The notes beneath the pieces are model-generated. The model was not told where the DNA came from. It was given only the letters and a program-made list of their open reading frames with translations, and did not search any database. Below are positions 38,657 through 48,765 of a DNA stretch of 57,383 nucleotides, in pieces. Position 1 is the first letter of the stretch. Each line of letters begins with the position of its first letter. The stretch lies in the sequence record SRR20825019_1753. One strand, written 5' to 3'. Both the position numbers and the translations under genes were made by a program.

Positions 38657-39916
38657 TCATCCCTTGGCCTTCAGTACATGGTCGAGCTCTCCGCTCGCAA
38701 AGGCCATCAGAATCAGTGCAGACAGCTTAGCTCTTTCTGCGAAACTGTCCACGCAAACAAATTCATCCGCGCTGTGGATCATACCGCCGCGCACACCAAG
38801 CGTATCGACATTAGGCAGCCCTGCCGCCGCCAGGTTATTGCCTTCACAGCAACCGCCTGTTGGCACATAATCCACACTGATACCAAGCTCGGCACCGCAC
38901 GACTTAATCGCGTCCATAAGAAGGATATTGGCATCGCTCAATGCTTTCGGCGGCCGATTGATGCCACCGTGAAGCTGCACGCTGTACCCGTCAACACCAT
39001 CCCATGCGGCAACTATTTCACTGACCTTGCGCTCAAAATACTGGGCGTCCTCCGGCTCCTTGAGCCGAACGTTAAACCGGCACCACGCCATATCGGGCAC
39101 AACATTTGGTGCAATGCCCCCTTTTATCACCGCAGGGTTGACCGTCATTTCAGGCCTTTCGCCGCTAAGGGAAGCCAGTGCCGTGATAATGCTTGATAGC
39201 GCGACCACAGCGTTGCGGCCGTTATAAAACTCACGGCCCGCATGTGCAGCTTTGCCGCGCACAACAACGGTGTAGTTCCCGCTGCCTTTCCGCGCGCCAG
39301 CGAGCGTGCCGTCAGCCAGCGCTGGTTCGTAAGTAAGGCCGATATCCGCTGACTTGGCCCGCTCAGCCAGTATCTTGGCACTCGCAAGCGACCCGGTTTC
39401 CTCGTCAGGAGAGAGAAGTATCTCCCAACCCACATGTTCCGCCAGTGGTGTTTCTTCAAAAGCCTGAAGGGCGTTCAACATCACAAGGATACCGCCCTTC
39501 ATGTCCGCCACACCCGGGCCATTCAGTATATTATCATCCAGCCACACGGGTTCCTGGAAGTTGTGGTCTTTCGCGAAGACCGTATCGGTATGCCCAGTCA
39601 TCAAAACCTTGCGGTTTGCCTGTGGGCGCTTGAATAGGCGAATGGTACGGCCATTTTTTATGGTGACAACCTGCCCGGCCTCATTCACAGCTTCGCCGTC
39701 ATCCAGCTCGATCAGTTCAACTTCCGGGCTGAGCGGCGCGAACGCCTCCAGCACCAGATCCTCCATATGAGAGAGGCCTTCGAGGTTGCGACTGCCGCTG
39801 TTTACCTTCGACCACGCGATCACGGTATCAATCATCACCTGAGCTCGGCTATCAATACGGGTAAGTGCTTCCCGCGCCAGCTTGTCTGTGTTCAGAATAG
39901 TGATTGGCGATGACAT
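38657..39916 (-). CDS. M20-family hydrolase (CPG2-like), candidate desuccinylase
   Basis: NSGS, GHTDTVF, GPGVADMKGG, PDEETGS, RKGSG, AHAGR, GGCCEGN, DTLGVRGGMIHS. Confidence 0.88.
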   Translation of the reverse strand: MSSPITILNTDKLAREALTRIDSRAQVMIDTVIAWSKVNSGSRNLEGLSHMEDLVLEAFAPLSPEVELIELDDGEAVNEAGQVVTIKNGRTIRLFKRPQANRKVLMTGHTDTVFAKDHNFQEPVWLDDNILNGPGVADMKGGILVMLNALQAFEETPLAEHVGWEILLSPDEETGSLASAKILAERAKSADIGLTYEPALADGTLAGARKGSGNYTVVVRGKAAHAGREFYNGRNAVVALSSIITALASLSGERPEMTVNPAVIKGGIAPNVVPDMAWCRFNVRLKEPEDAQYFERKVSEIVAAWDGVDGYSVQLHGGINRPPKALSDANILLMDAIKSCGAELGISVDYVPTGGCCEGNNLAAAGLPNVDTLGVRGGMIHSADEFVCVDSFAERAKLSALILMAFASGELDHVLKAKG

Positions 39917-39963
39917 GAAGACCCCACTTTTAATGCTTGAGGTGAATGATTCTCTTGAGTTCA

Positions 39964-39992
39964 GGAGTAAGGGAGCCCAAGCCTTGCGTCAA
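39964..39992 (-). promoter_or_regulatory. Possible sigma70 promoter of the ast cluster
   Basis: Minus strand TTGACG-N17-TACTCC about 50 bp upstream of ATG 39916. Confidence 0.4.
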
Positions 39993-40203
39993 GCCGCCTA
40001 AACTTTGGAAATAAAAGGCCTAAAACATACGGAACTCACCGCATCTTCCACTCGCTTCACCGCATTGGACCAAAGTTCAAACACTTTGTTGCTAAACTTT
40101 TTTCACAAAAAAACATGAGAGCCATGAGGAGCCATATATTTTCGATTGTCCTAAGAGAGAACCGCAAAGGTCATGGGATATAAATCAACAGCGAGGTTGT
40201 ACA

Positions 40204-40926
40204 ATGAAAGCACTAATAGTCGATGGCGAAGAACTGATCCGTCTTTCCCTGAAAGAGGTCATTTCTGTCTCCAGCAACTTCCAGGAAATACTGGAAGCTG
40301 GAAGCCAACATGAATTTCTGGCACGCACTGCCAGCCACGACGAACTGTCCCTGATCGTCGTTCATCCTTCAAGCCTTGGCAACGACGGCGCTGATTGCCT
40401 TCGTCTTGTTCAACGGCTTTATCCTGACGCAGCGCTCGTCGCTATGCTTGACCGTGAAGGCCAGAATGTTGGCGATCTCGGCAATATGGTTACGGTGCTT
40501 CGCAACGCTAGTGTGGGGCAGATGGTGACAGCCATTCGTCGTGCGCTTAAACTTCCCCTTGATGGTTTTGGTTCCGTTTCCAACCAGCCATCTCGCCCGG
40601 ACGTACGCGGCGCTCTTCGGCACGAGTTTGACCGTTTCCAGGAAAACGCAACACCAAACCGCTCGGCAATCGACAGCATCGACCTTGGCCGCCTGTCCTA
40701 CCGTCAGAAACAGATTCTGGCGATGGCTGCGGATGGCCTTCCCAACAAGGAAATTGCTGCTCGCCTCTCCATTGCTGAAGGCACGGTGAAAGCGCACATG
40801 CATGCGATCTTCAAGGTGCTGGGTGTTTCCAACCGCACGCAAGCCGTTATCAGGTATGGCGCAGTGGGAAACGCAAACCCGCGTCCATCGCAAAGCGATA
40901 GCTGGATGTACGCGAACGCGAGCTAA
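40204..40926 (+). CDS. NarL/LuxR-family response regulator with atypical receiver domain
   Basis: Receiver-like N-terminus; LSYRQKQIL...GLPNKEIAARLSIAEGTVKAHM...VSNRTQA HTH. Confidence 0.9.
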   Translation: MKALIVDGEELIRLSLKEVISVSSNFQEILEAGSQHEFLARTASHDELSLIVVHPSSLGNDGADCLRLVQRLYPDAALVAMLDREGQNVGDLGNMVTVLRNASVGQMVTAIRRALKLPLDGFGSVSNQPSRPDVRGALRHEFDRFQENATPNRSAIDSIDLGRLSYRQKQILAMAADGLPNKEIAARLSIAEGTVKAHMHAIFKVLGVSNRTQAVIRYGAVGNANPRPSQSDSWMYANAS

Positions 40927-40946
40927 TCAAGCTTTGATCAGCAAAT

Positions 40947-40977
40947 AAAAAGGGCTGCCAAATTGGCAGCCCTTTTT
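40947..40977. terminator. Bidirectional intrinsic terminator
   Basis: AAAAAGGGCTGCCA-AAT-TGGCAGCCCTTTTT between convergent genes. Confidence 0.88.
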
Positions 40978-40998
40978 GCGTTTTTCTTCAGGCTCTTG

Positions 40999-41889
40999 CT
41001 AAAGCGCACCGGTGAGGTGCTTGAGCACCCCTGAAAAATCTTTACCGCCATGGCCATTTTCATCCATTTCCGTATAGATCTCGGCAGCCTTTGCACCCAA
41101 GGGTGTATTTGCCGCGACGGACGAAACCGCCTGCATGGCAAGCCTCAGGTCCTTCAGCATCAAGGCCGTTGCAAAGCCCGGTTTATAGTCATTGTTGGCC
41201 GGTGACGTGGGCACAGGCCCCGGCACAGGACAATATGACGTTAACGACCAGCATTGGCCCGACGCGTTGGAAGCCACATCAAAAAATACCTGATCGTCAA
41301 GCCCAAGTGCCCGACCAAGATTGAACGCTTCCGAAACCCCGATCATGGAAATAGCGAGCAGCATGTTGTTACATACCTTCGCGGCCTGCCCGTTACCTGA
41401 CGGCCCACAATGCACAATCTTGCCGGCCATTGGTTCAAGCACTGACTTCGCACGCTCAAACGCCGTATCTGTGCCGCCCACCATAAAGGCAAGCGTACCT
41501 GCGGCTGCGCCGCCCACACCGCCAGAGACGGGGGCGTCCACCATCTCGAAACCTTTCGTGCTCGCAGCCTCTGCAACCGCGCGTGCGGTATCCACGTCGA
41601 TGGTTGAGCTATCGATCAACAGCGCACCTTCTTTTGCGTTTTCCAGCACGCCGTCCTCGCCTTCGTAAACGCCTTTCACAATGGCACCCGAAGGCAGCAT
41701 GGTGATAACCACGTCAGCACCTTTTACGGCCTCACCAACGCTGATAAAGCCTTCACCGCCTGCGCCGCGCAGCCCATCCAGAGCATCGGCAGAAAGGTCA
41801 AAACCCCGCACCACCATTTGGGCGCCAAGCAGGTTTTTTGACATTGGCAGGCCCATATTTCCAAGGCCAATAAATGCAACAGTGGTCAT
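40999..41889 (-). CDS. mmsB: 3-hydroxyisobutyrate dehydrogenase
   Basis: FIGLGNMG, DAPVSGG, AKVCNNMLL, SGQCWSL..YCPVPG, LMLKDL. Confidence 0.95.
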   Translation of the reverse strand: MTTVAFIGLGNMGLPMSKNLLGAQMVVRGFDLSADALDGLRGAGGEGFISVGEAVKGADVVITMLPSGAIVKGVYEGEDGVLENAKEGALLIDSSTIDVDTARAVAEAASTKGFEMVDAPVSGGVGGAAAGTLAFMVGGTDTAFERAKSVLEPMAGKIVHCGPSGNGQAAKVCNNMLLAISMIGVSEAFNLGRALGLDDQVFFDVASNASGQCWSLTSYCPVPGPVPTSPANNDYKPGFATALMLKDLRLAMQAVSSVAANTPLGAKAAEIYTEMDENGHGGKDFSGVLKHLTGAL

Positions 41890-41905
41890 TCTTTTTCCTC
41901 CCAAC

Positions 41906-42958
41906 TCAAATTTTCAGTTCAAGCGCATCAAGGCTTGTAAAATAGCGATCAATCTCTGTGTCTTTAACGCGGTCGAGCGCGTTAGGTGACCAGACAGGCG
42001 CGTTATCCCTGTCAATCAGGATCGCGCGTACACCCTCAAAGAAATCATTACCTTCCATCACACGGTTCACCATGCGGTATTCCATGCGCATGTTGTCGCG
42101 GAAGTTTTCCAACACTTCACCACGCCGCAGCTGCGCAAAAGTCAACTTCAGACTAGTGGGTGATTTGCTCATCAGTATCTTGTGCTGCTTTTTCGCCCAT
42201 TCGCTAGCATCCAACTCAAGCGCCTCTAATATCTCTTCGACCCGTACACCAGAGAAGGCACTGTCGATGTCGTCCATCACTTCCGCCAGCGGCGCGGGTT
42301 CCGGGTCGGTATGAAAACGGTCCAGCACTTCTTTTGCATCATCGAGGCTCTTGATCTCAGTGCCCGCAAGCGCCACAATCACATCCTCAACCTGGCTTGA
42401 GCCAATCACATGACTTGCAATACCAAGGGCATAGAGGTCGGGCGCCTTGATGCGCGCGCCGGTAAGAGCCAGATACATGCCCGTTTCACCCGGCAATCTG
42501 GGCAGGAACCAGCCCCCCCCTACATCCGGGAATAAGCCCAGCCCGGTTTCCGGCATGGCGAACAAGGTTTTTTCGGTCGCAACCCACAAATCACCGGGGA
42601 TCGAGACACCAACTCCGCCGCCCATGGTGATGCCGTCAACAAAGCTGATGTAGGGTTTGGGAAACTCATCAATGGCGATATTCATCAGGTATTCGTCATG
42701 GAAGAAGTCGCGCCATTCCGTTGTGCCTGCCTTGTAGGACTGGGTGACTTTCACGACATCGCCACCGGCGCAGAAGGCTTTATCGCCCGCGCCCACCACT
42801 ACAACAGCCTGCACCGAAGGCATGATCGCCCACTCGTCCAGCTGACGCTTCAGCTCAACCGCCATATTATGGGTCAGGCTGTTGAGCGCACGCGGCCGGT
42901 TCAGTGTAACAAGGCCAATGTTGCCACGTGTTTCAAACGATACTTCTGGGTCACTCAT
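41906..42958 (-). CDS. 3-hydroxyisobutyryl-CoA hydrolase-like enoyl-CoA hydratase/isomerase
   Basis: LNRPRALNSL, AFCAGGD, GITMGGG, AMPETGLGLFPDVG, DFFEGVRAILID. Confidence 0.93.
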   Translation of the reverse strand: MSDPEVSFETRGNIGLVTLNRPRALNSLTHNMAVELKRQLDEWAIMPSVQAVVVVGAGDKAFCAGGDVVKVTQSYKAGTTEWRDFFHDEYLMNIAIDEFPKPYISFVDGITMGGGVGVSIPGDLWVATEKTLFAMPETGLGLFPDVGGGWFLPRLPGETGMYLALTGARIKAPDLYALGIASHVIGSSQVEDVIVALAGTEIKSLDDAKEVLDRFHTDPEPAPLAEVMDDIDSAFSGVRVEEILEALELDASEWAKKQHKILMSKSPTSLKLTFAQLRRGEVLENFRDNMRMEYRMVNRVMEGNDFFEGVRAILIDRDNAPVWSPNALDRVKDTEIDRYFTSLDALELKI

Positions 42959-42960
42959 AA

Positions 42961-44100
42961 TCAGTCCTTCAACAGCGCCCGGGAAATCACCACGCGCATA
43001 ATCTCGTTTGTACCTTCAAGGATTTGATGCACACGCAGGTCACGCAAAATGCGCTCTATCGGATAATCCTGCAGATAGCCGTACCCGCCATGCAATTGCA
43101 GCGAGGCATTGGTTACGTCAAAGCCCACATCGGTCACAAAACGTTTTGCCATGGCAGCCGCCGAGGCTGCGTCGTGTGCTTTATTGGTAACCTTCTGCGC
43201 TGCCGAATAGAGAAGGAGCCGCGCTGCCTCAAGCTCGGTCGCCATATCTGCAAGACGGAACTGGGTCGCTTGAAAATCCGCTATCGCACGACCAAACTGC
43301 TTACGATCTTTTGTGTAGGTAACCGCCTCATCAAGGGCGCGCTGCGCACCACCAAGCGAGCACGCGGCAATGTTCAACCGCCCACCATCAAGGCCCTGCA
43401 TGGCGATCTTGAAACCCTGCCCCTCTTCCCCGACAAGATTTGCGGCCGGGATGCGGCAGTCATCAAACATAACGGCAGAGGTAGGTTGGCTATGCCATCC
43501 CATCTTCTTTTCCTGCGCGCCGAATGAGAGGCCCTCGGTGCTCTTCTCAACGATGAAACAGCTGATGCCCTTGGCACCGTCATCGGACGTACGTGCCATC
43601 ACCACATAAACGTCGCTCTCGCCGCCGCCGGATATAAAAGCCTTGGCACCGTTCAACACATAGTCATCACCGTCTCTAACGGCTTTGGTCTTGAGGCTTG
43701 CTGCATCGGACCCGGCACCGGGTTCTGTCAGGCAATAACTGGCCATTTTCTGGAGTGTCGCCAGATCACCCACAAAGCGCTCGCGCTGCTCATCGTTGCC
43801 AAAACAATCGATCATCCAAGTTGCCATGTTGTGGATCGAGATCATCGCGGCAGTTGACGGACAGCCCTGTGAAAGCTGCTCAAAAATCAGCACGCTTTCC
43901 ACACGACTGAGGCCACAGCCCCCGCCCTCTTCCGAGACATAAATGCTACCAAAACCCAACTCGCCAGCGGCTTTCGCCACTTCCACAGGCCACACCTTGT
44001 CTTCATCCCACTTGTGGGCTTCTGGCGTGATCATATCCGCCGTGAAAGTACGTGCCATTTCCTGAATGGCGCGCTGATCTTCATTTAGTGAAAAGTCCAA
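42961..44100 (-). CDS. Acyl-CoA dehydrogenase (isobutyryl-CoA dehydrogenase-like)
   Basis: SIHNM, YCLTEPGAGSDAA, KAFISGG, GLDGGRLNI, LHGGYGYL, LRVHQILEGTNEIMR; TTG start at 44100. Confidence 0.93.
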   Translation of the reverse strand: MDFSLNEDQRAIQEMARTFTADMITPEAHKWDEDKVWPVEVAKAAGELGFGSIYVSEEGGGCGLSRVESVLIFEQLSQGCPSTAAMISIHNMATWMIDCFGNDEQRERFVGDLATLQKMASYCLTEPGAGSDAASLKTKAVRDGDDYVLNGAKAFISGGGESDVYVVMARTSDDGAKGISCFIVEKSTEGLSFGAQEKKMGWHSQPTSAVMFDDCRIPAANLVGEEGQGFKIAMQGLDGGRLNIAACSLGGAQRALDEAVTYTKDRKQFGRAIADFQATQFRLADMATELEAARLLLYSAAQKVTNKAHDAASAAAMAKRFVTDVGFDVTNASLQLHGGYGYLQDYPIERILRDLRVHQILEGTNEIMRVVISRALLKD

Positions 44101-44206
44101 GACTACCCCCTTGGTTACAAATAATCGGCAGGAGAGATACATACATATACCCCGCAGGCCCAATCTGCGGGGTAACGGGCGGGGCCAACACCCCGCCCGA
44201 AACGCT

Positions 44207-47002
44207 TTAGTTCAGCTTGTTGCCATTAGCGTCCCAAACCTCGAGATCGCCAAGGCCAAGCTCACGAATGCCAGCCTCGATCTGCGCGCGGTCGCCCACA
44301 ATCAGCCACACCAGTTGATCTGGGTGAATGTTTGCTTTGGCCTCAGCCTTGATCGCATCGATATCAAGCGCCTCATACTTCGCCTTCAGGCCAGGTACAT
44401 AGTCGTTCGAACGGCCAAAGCGATTGTTTGACAGAAGGCTACCAAGCACGGCCCCCGCTGTTTCAAAATCACCTGGCAGGCTGTTGGTTTGTTTTGCAAC
44501 AAACAGCGATAGCTCCTCCTGCGTGGCAGGACGATCACCAAGATAGGCCGCAAACTCTTTATTGAGTTCCGCTATCGAATCTTTGGTTTTGTCCGTCTGT
44601 ACCGGCGCATAAACAAGCCACATACGCTGCCCACGGGCATCGGTTGTGAAGGTATAGGCACCATAAGCCCAGCCCTTGTCTTCACGCAGGTTCATATTCA
44701 CGCGTGATGTGAACTCACCACCCAAAATGCTGCTGGCCATTTCCTGTGTCATGTAGGTATCGCTACCTGTTGACGGATACAGATGACCGGCCAGAATAAG
44801 GGACTGCGGTGAGCCTGGCTTGTCCATGATAATCACCCGGCCTTCAGACGGCAGGTCAGCATCGGTGATATTCTTGGCCGGAACCGGTGTTGCTGGCGCA
44901 GACCAGTCACCAAACGCTTTTTCAAGCGATGCTGTTGCTTCCGCAAGGGTGATATCACCTACCATGAAGATGGTGGCGTTATCAGGCCGTATCCAGTCGG
45001 TGTGGAACTTCACAAGGTCATCACGGCTGAGGCCTTCAATCGCGGCTTCAGTGCCAGAGCCAGTGTAAGGCACACTATAGCTGTGGCCTTCACCGTACAG
45101 TATGGCTGGGAGCGTGCGCAGTGCGAGCTGCACAGGTTGCGCCTTTTCCTGCGCGATAGACTGGATCCAACGCTGACGTAGGCGGTCCATCTCACCCTGA
45201 TCAAACGCCGGGTTACGCACCACATCGGACGCAAGCGCGAGCGATGCATCAAGGTTTGGTTTCAAGGCTGAGAGCGTAACCGTGCTCATATCCAGGTTGG
45301 AGCCGGTTGAGAGGTTTGCACCAAGGCCTTCTGCCTCAGCAGAAATCTCAAGCGCGGAACGAGACGTGGTGCCTTCATCCAGCATGGCAAGCGCAAAACT
45401 GGCTGTGCCCAGTGCCCGGCCTGCGTCTGCCGCATAGCCTGCATCAAACTGCATCGCCGTTGTCACGATCGGAACCGTTGGGCGGTTTGCCACCACAACA
45501 CGCATGCCGTTCTTGAGCGTTGCTTCCTCAATTGCGGGGAACGTCAGGTCCGGCAGTTCACCAACCTCAGGCAAGCCTTTGGAACGGTCAACTTCCGATG
45601 CCACGGTTTTATACTCAGGATAAGGCCGCACGGTTAGCTGGTAATAACCTTGCCCAAGCCATTTGTTGGCAACATTCTTCACGTCTGCTGCACTTGCATG
45701 GTTCAACTGATCGATGGTTTTTGCATAAAAGCCAGCATCGCCCGCATACAGTTCCCCACGCGCAAGCGCTGTGCCTTTGCCACTAAATCCACCAATCTGC
45801 TCCAGCCCCCGCACTTGGTTTGCCAGAACGCTGGTTTTCACCCGCTTCAATTCTTCGTTTGTTGGGCCTTCCTTGAGGAATTTATCCATCTCAGCATTGA
45901 TCAAACGCTCGACTTCCGCTTCATCAGCGCCTGGCTTCAGTGTGGCCTGAATTTCAAACATGGACGCCAATTCAAAGGGCTGCATGCTGACGCTCACGCT
46001 AACGGCCAGTTGGTTTTGGTAAACCAGCGCCTGATAAAGGCGCGAATTTTTGCCGCCGCCCAGAAGGTCAGCAGCAAGGAACATTTCAGCGGTCGTCAAA
46101 TCTGTGCGCGGTGCCACTGCCCAATTGCGGTAGATGCGCACCTGCGGGGCTTTCTGGTCCACCATCTCTTCAACGGTGTTGTTCACGCGGGTAGGCACCC
46201 AGGCTTTATGCTGCTTCAGCGGCGGGCCTGCTTCAATGTCACCAAAATATTTTTCCATCAACGGCTTTGCTGTTGCCGCGTCGATATCACCAGCCAGTAC
46301 AATCACTGTGTTAGCGGCGCCGTAATATTCCCTGAACCAATCTTTCACATCGTCCAGCGACGCGGCGGAAAGGTCTTCCATCGACCCAATTGTGGAATGA
46401 CGATAAGGGTGGCCAACAGGGAACAAGCCCTCAAGTTGGCGGTATTCCACAAGGCCATATGGTGCGTTGTCGCCCTGGCGTTTTTCGTTCTGTACAACAC
46501 CGATCTGGTTATCCAGCTTTTCCTGGGTAACAGCGCCCAGCAGGTGCCCCATCCGGTCAGATTCCATCCACAGCGCCATATCAAGCGCAGGTGTCGGCAC
46601 GTTCTGGAAATAGTTGGTGCGGTCAAACCATGTGGTGCCGTTCATATTGGTGGCACCCACTGCGTCGAACGGCTTGAAAAATTCGTCGTTATAATTTTCG
46701 GATCCATTGAACATCAAGTGCTCAAAAAGATGGGCAAAACCGGTTTTACCCGTCGGCTCGTCCTTGGAGCCCACGTGATACCAAACCCCAACCGCAACGA
46801 TTGGCGCTTTGCGGTCCTCGTGCACAATGACACGAAGCCCATTATCGAGCGTAAATTTCTCGAATGGAATTTCGACCTTCAGGTCGACACTGGTATCCAC
46901 AACCGGTTGTTCTTTTTCGGTTTTCGCGCCGCCGTCTTGCGCCTGGCACGAAACCAGCGCCGTCATGACAGCAGCCCCGACAATAAAGTTTCTAATCATC
47001 AT
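44207..47002 (-). CDS. M16 zinc peptidase (pitrilysin family), lipoprotein
   Basis: Lipobox LVSC; HLFEH zinc motif; NGTT..DRTNY; second M16 module with RVNMNLREDKGWAYG; alternative start 47011. Confidence 0.95.
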   Translation of the reverse strand: MMIRNFIVGAAVMTALVSCQAQDGGAKTEKEQPVVDTSVDLKVEIPFEKFTLDNGLRVIVHEDRKAPIVAVGVWYHVGSKDEPTGKTGFAHLFEHLMFNGSENYNDEFFKPFDAVGATNMNGTTWFDRTNYFQNVPTPALDMALWMESDRMGHLLGAVTQEKLDNQIGVVQNEKRQGDNAPYGLVEYRQLEGLFPVGHPYRHSTIGSMEDLSAASLDDVKDWFREYYGAANTVIVLAGDIDAATAKPLMEKYFGDIEAGPPLKQHKAWVPTRVNNTVEEMVDQKAPQVRIYRNWAVAPRTDLTTAEMFLAADLLGGGKNSRLYQALVYQNQLAVSVSVSMQPFELASMFEIQATLKPGADEAEVERLINAEMDKFLKEGPTNEELKRVKTSVLANQVRGLEQIGGFSGKGTALARGELYAGDAGFYAKTIDQLNHASAADVKNVANKWLGQGYYQLTVRPYPEYKTVASEVDRSKGLPEVGELPDLTFPAIEEATLKNGMRVVVANRPTVPIVTTAMQFDAGYAADAGRALGTASFALAMLDEGTTSRSALEISAEAEGLGANLSTGSNLDMSTVTLSALKPNLDASLALASDVVRNPAFDQGEMDRLRQRWIQSIAQEKAQPVQLALRTLPAILYGEGHSYSVPYTGSGTEAAIEGLSRDDLVKFHTDWIRPDNATIFMVGDITLAEATASLEKAFGDWSAPATPVPAKNITDADLPSEGRVIIMDKPGSPQSLILAGHLYPSTGSDTYMTQEMASSILGGEFTSRVNMNLREDKGWAYGAYTFTTDARGQRMWLVYAPVQTDKTKDSIAELNKEFAAYLGDRPATQEELSLFVAKQTNSLPGDFETAGAVLGSLLSNNRFGRSNDYVPGLKAKYEALDIDAIKAEAKANIHPDQLVWLIVGDRAQIEAGIRELGLGDLEVWDANGNKLN

Positions 47003-47114
47003 GAGAATCATCTCCCCGCGTGTTCAAGGCAAAAGGCACAGCGTGCATTTTGCGGATAGTCACAAAGGCAGTGAAACACTTGATACTATTATTATTTTGC
47101 CTCGTGACAGATAA

Positions 47115-47140
47115 ACCCGAAGGGCCGAAGCCCTTCGGGT
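47115..47140 (-). terminator. Terminator-like hairpin after mmsA
   Basis: Minus strand ACCCGAAGGGC-TTCG-GCCCTTCGGGT-TTAT. Confidence 0.75.
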
Positions 47141-47148
47141 GTCGTAAT

Positions 47149-48654
47149 TTAGCTGTTCAGCGTCGGAATGACAAACTCCGCGCCAGAACGAATACCGGTT
47201 GGCCAACGTGACGTTACAGTTTTTGTTTTTGTATAGAAACGTACGCCTTCCATACCGTGCTGGTTGATGTCGCCGAATGCTGAGTTTTTCCAGCCACCAA
47301 AAGTGTGGAACGCCAGCGGCACAGGGATAGGTACATTCACGCCAACCATGCCTACTTCAACACGGTTCACATATTCGCGCGCAGTGTCACCGTCGCGAGT
47401 ATAGATGGACGTACCGTTACCAAACTCATGGATCGACGGCAGGTTTGCTGCTTCATCAAAGCTTTCCGTGCGCATAACCTGAAGCGTTGGGCCAAAGATC
47501 TCTTCTTTGTAGGTACGCATGCCCGGCTTGACGTTATCGAACAGGGACCCACCAAGGTAGTAGCCGTTCTCAAACCCCTGCATCTTGTATTCAAAGTTCC
47601 GGCCATCAACCACAGCCGTAGCACCTTCCTGATCAGCAAGATCAAGATAACCACGAACCTTTGCGAGGTGGTCAGCAGTTACAAGCGGGCCCATTTCGGC
47701 TTCGGTGTCCATCGAATGACCGATCTTGAGCGCTTCAACACGCGGCTTCAACATCTCTACAAGCTTGTCCGCAGTCGCTTTCCCAACAGGAACCGCAACA
47801 GAGATTGCCATGCAACGCTCACCGGCTGAGCCATAAGCTGCCCCTATAAGAGCGTCTGTCACTTGATCAAGGTCGGCATCCGGCATGATCAGCATGTGAT
47901 TTTTGGCGCCGCCCATCGCCTGGCAGCGTTTGCCATGTGCTGTGGCTGTTGCATAAACATATTGGGCGATTGGTGTGGAACCAACAAAAGAGACAGCTTT
48001 CACGCGCGGGTCCGTGCACACGGTATCAACGGCTTCCTTGTCACCGTTCACTACGTTGAACACACCATCCGGCAGGCCTGCCTCTTTCCAGCATTCCGCC
48101 AGCAAGAGCGGCACGCTTGGGTCTTTCTCACTTGGCTTCAACACATAAGTGTTGCCGCAGGCGATAGCCACACAGCTCATCCACAGTGGAATCATCGCCG
48201 GGAAGTTGAAAGGTGTGATACCAGCGACAACACCAAGTGGCTTGCGCATGGAATACATATCAATGCCGGTGGACACATTGTCCGAAAATTCACCTTTGAT
48301 AAGGTGAGGAACGCCCTGCGCAAACTCTGCAACCTCAAGCCCGCGCTGTACATCGCCTTGTGCGTCTGAGAATACTTTACCGTGCTCAGATGACAGTGCT
48401 TCTGCCAACCTGTCCTTTTCACGGTAAAGAATGTGAACGAGGTTTTGCAAAACCCGCGCACGCTTCACAACGGACGTGGAAGACCACGCCGGGAAAGCAG
48501 CCTCTGCCGCCGCGATGGCGTTTTCAACTTCGGATTTGTTCGCGAGGGCAACTTTGCCCGCCTGCTCACCGGTTGAAGGATTGAACACGGGGCCAAAACG
48601 ACCGGAAGTGCCCTCTACAGTTTCGCCATTAATATAATGATGACGCTCATACAT
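47149..48654 (-). CDS. mmsA: CoA-acylating methylmalonate-semialdehyde dehydrogenase
   Basis: GITPFNFPAMIP, KPSEKDP, FVGST, GGAKNH, GSAGERCMA, GMVGVNVPIPVP; GGAG RBS before ATG 48654. Confidence 0.96.
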   Translation of the reverse strand: MYERHHYINGETVEGTSGRFGPVFNPSTGEQAGKVALANKSEVENAIAAAEAAFPAWSSTSVVKRARVLQNLVHILYREKDRLAEALSSEHGKVFSDAQGDVQRGLEVAEFAQGVPHLIKGEFSDNVSTGIDMYSMRKPLGVVAGITPFNFPAMIPLWMSCVAIACGNTYVLKPSEKDPSVPLLLAECWKEAGLPDGVFNVVNGDKEAVDTVCTDPRVKAVSFVGSTPIAQYVYATATAHGKRCQAMGGAKNHMLIMPDADLDQVTDALIGAAYGSAGERCMAISVAVPVGKATADKLVEMLKPRVEALKIGHSMDTEAEMGPLVTADHLAKVRGYLDLADQEGATAVVDGRNFEYKMQGFENGYYLGGSLFDNVKPGMRTYKEEIFGPTLQVMRTESFDEAANLPSIHEFGNGTSIYTRDGDTAREYVNRVEVGMVGVNVPIPVPLAFHTFGGWKNSAFGDINQHGMEGVRFYTKTKTVTSRWPTGIRSGAEFVIPTLNS

Positions 48655-48765
48655 GATAAATTCTCCAAATTGGCCGCTTAAGAACAAGGCGTTTCCAAAT
48701 AAGCTTTCGGAAAATTGCTCTTTGGGCGGCACACTCCATCCCAAAATCTCGCGGAGCATACATTA

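Noticed and set aside
45650-47059. 469-aa + strand ORF
   Set aside because: Antisense shadow of the M16 peptidase gene with no recognisable motifs; expected from codon bias
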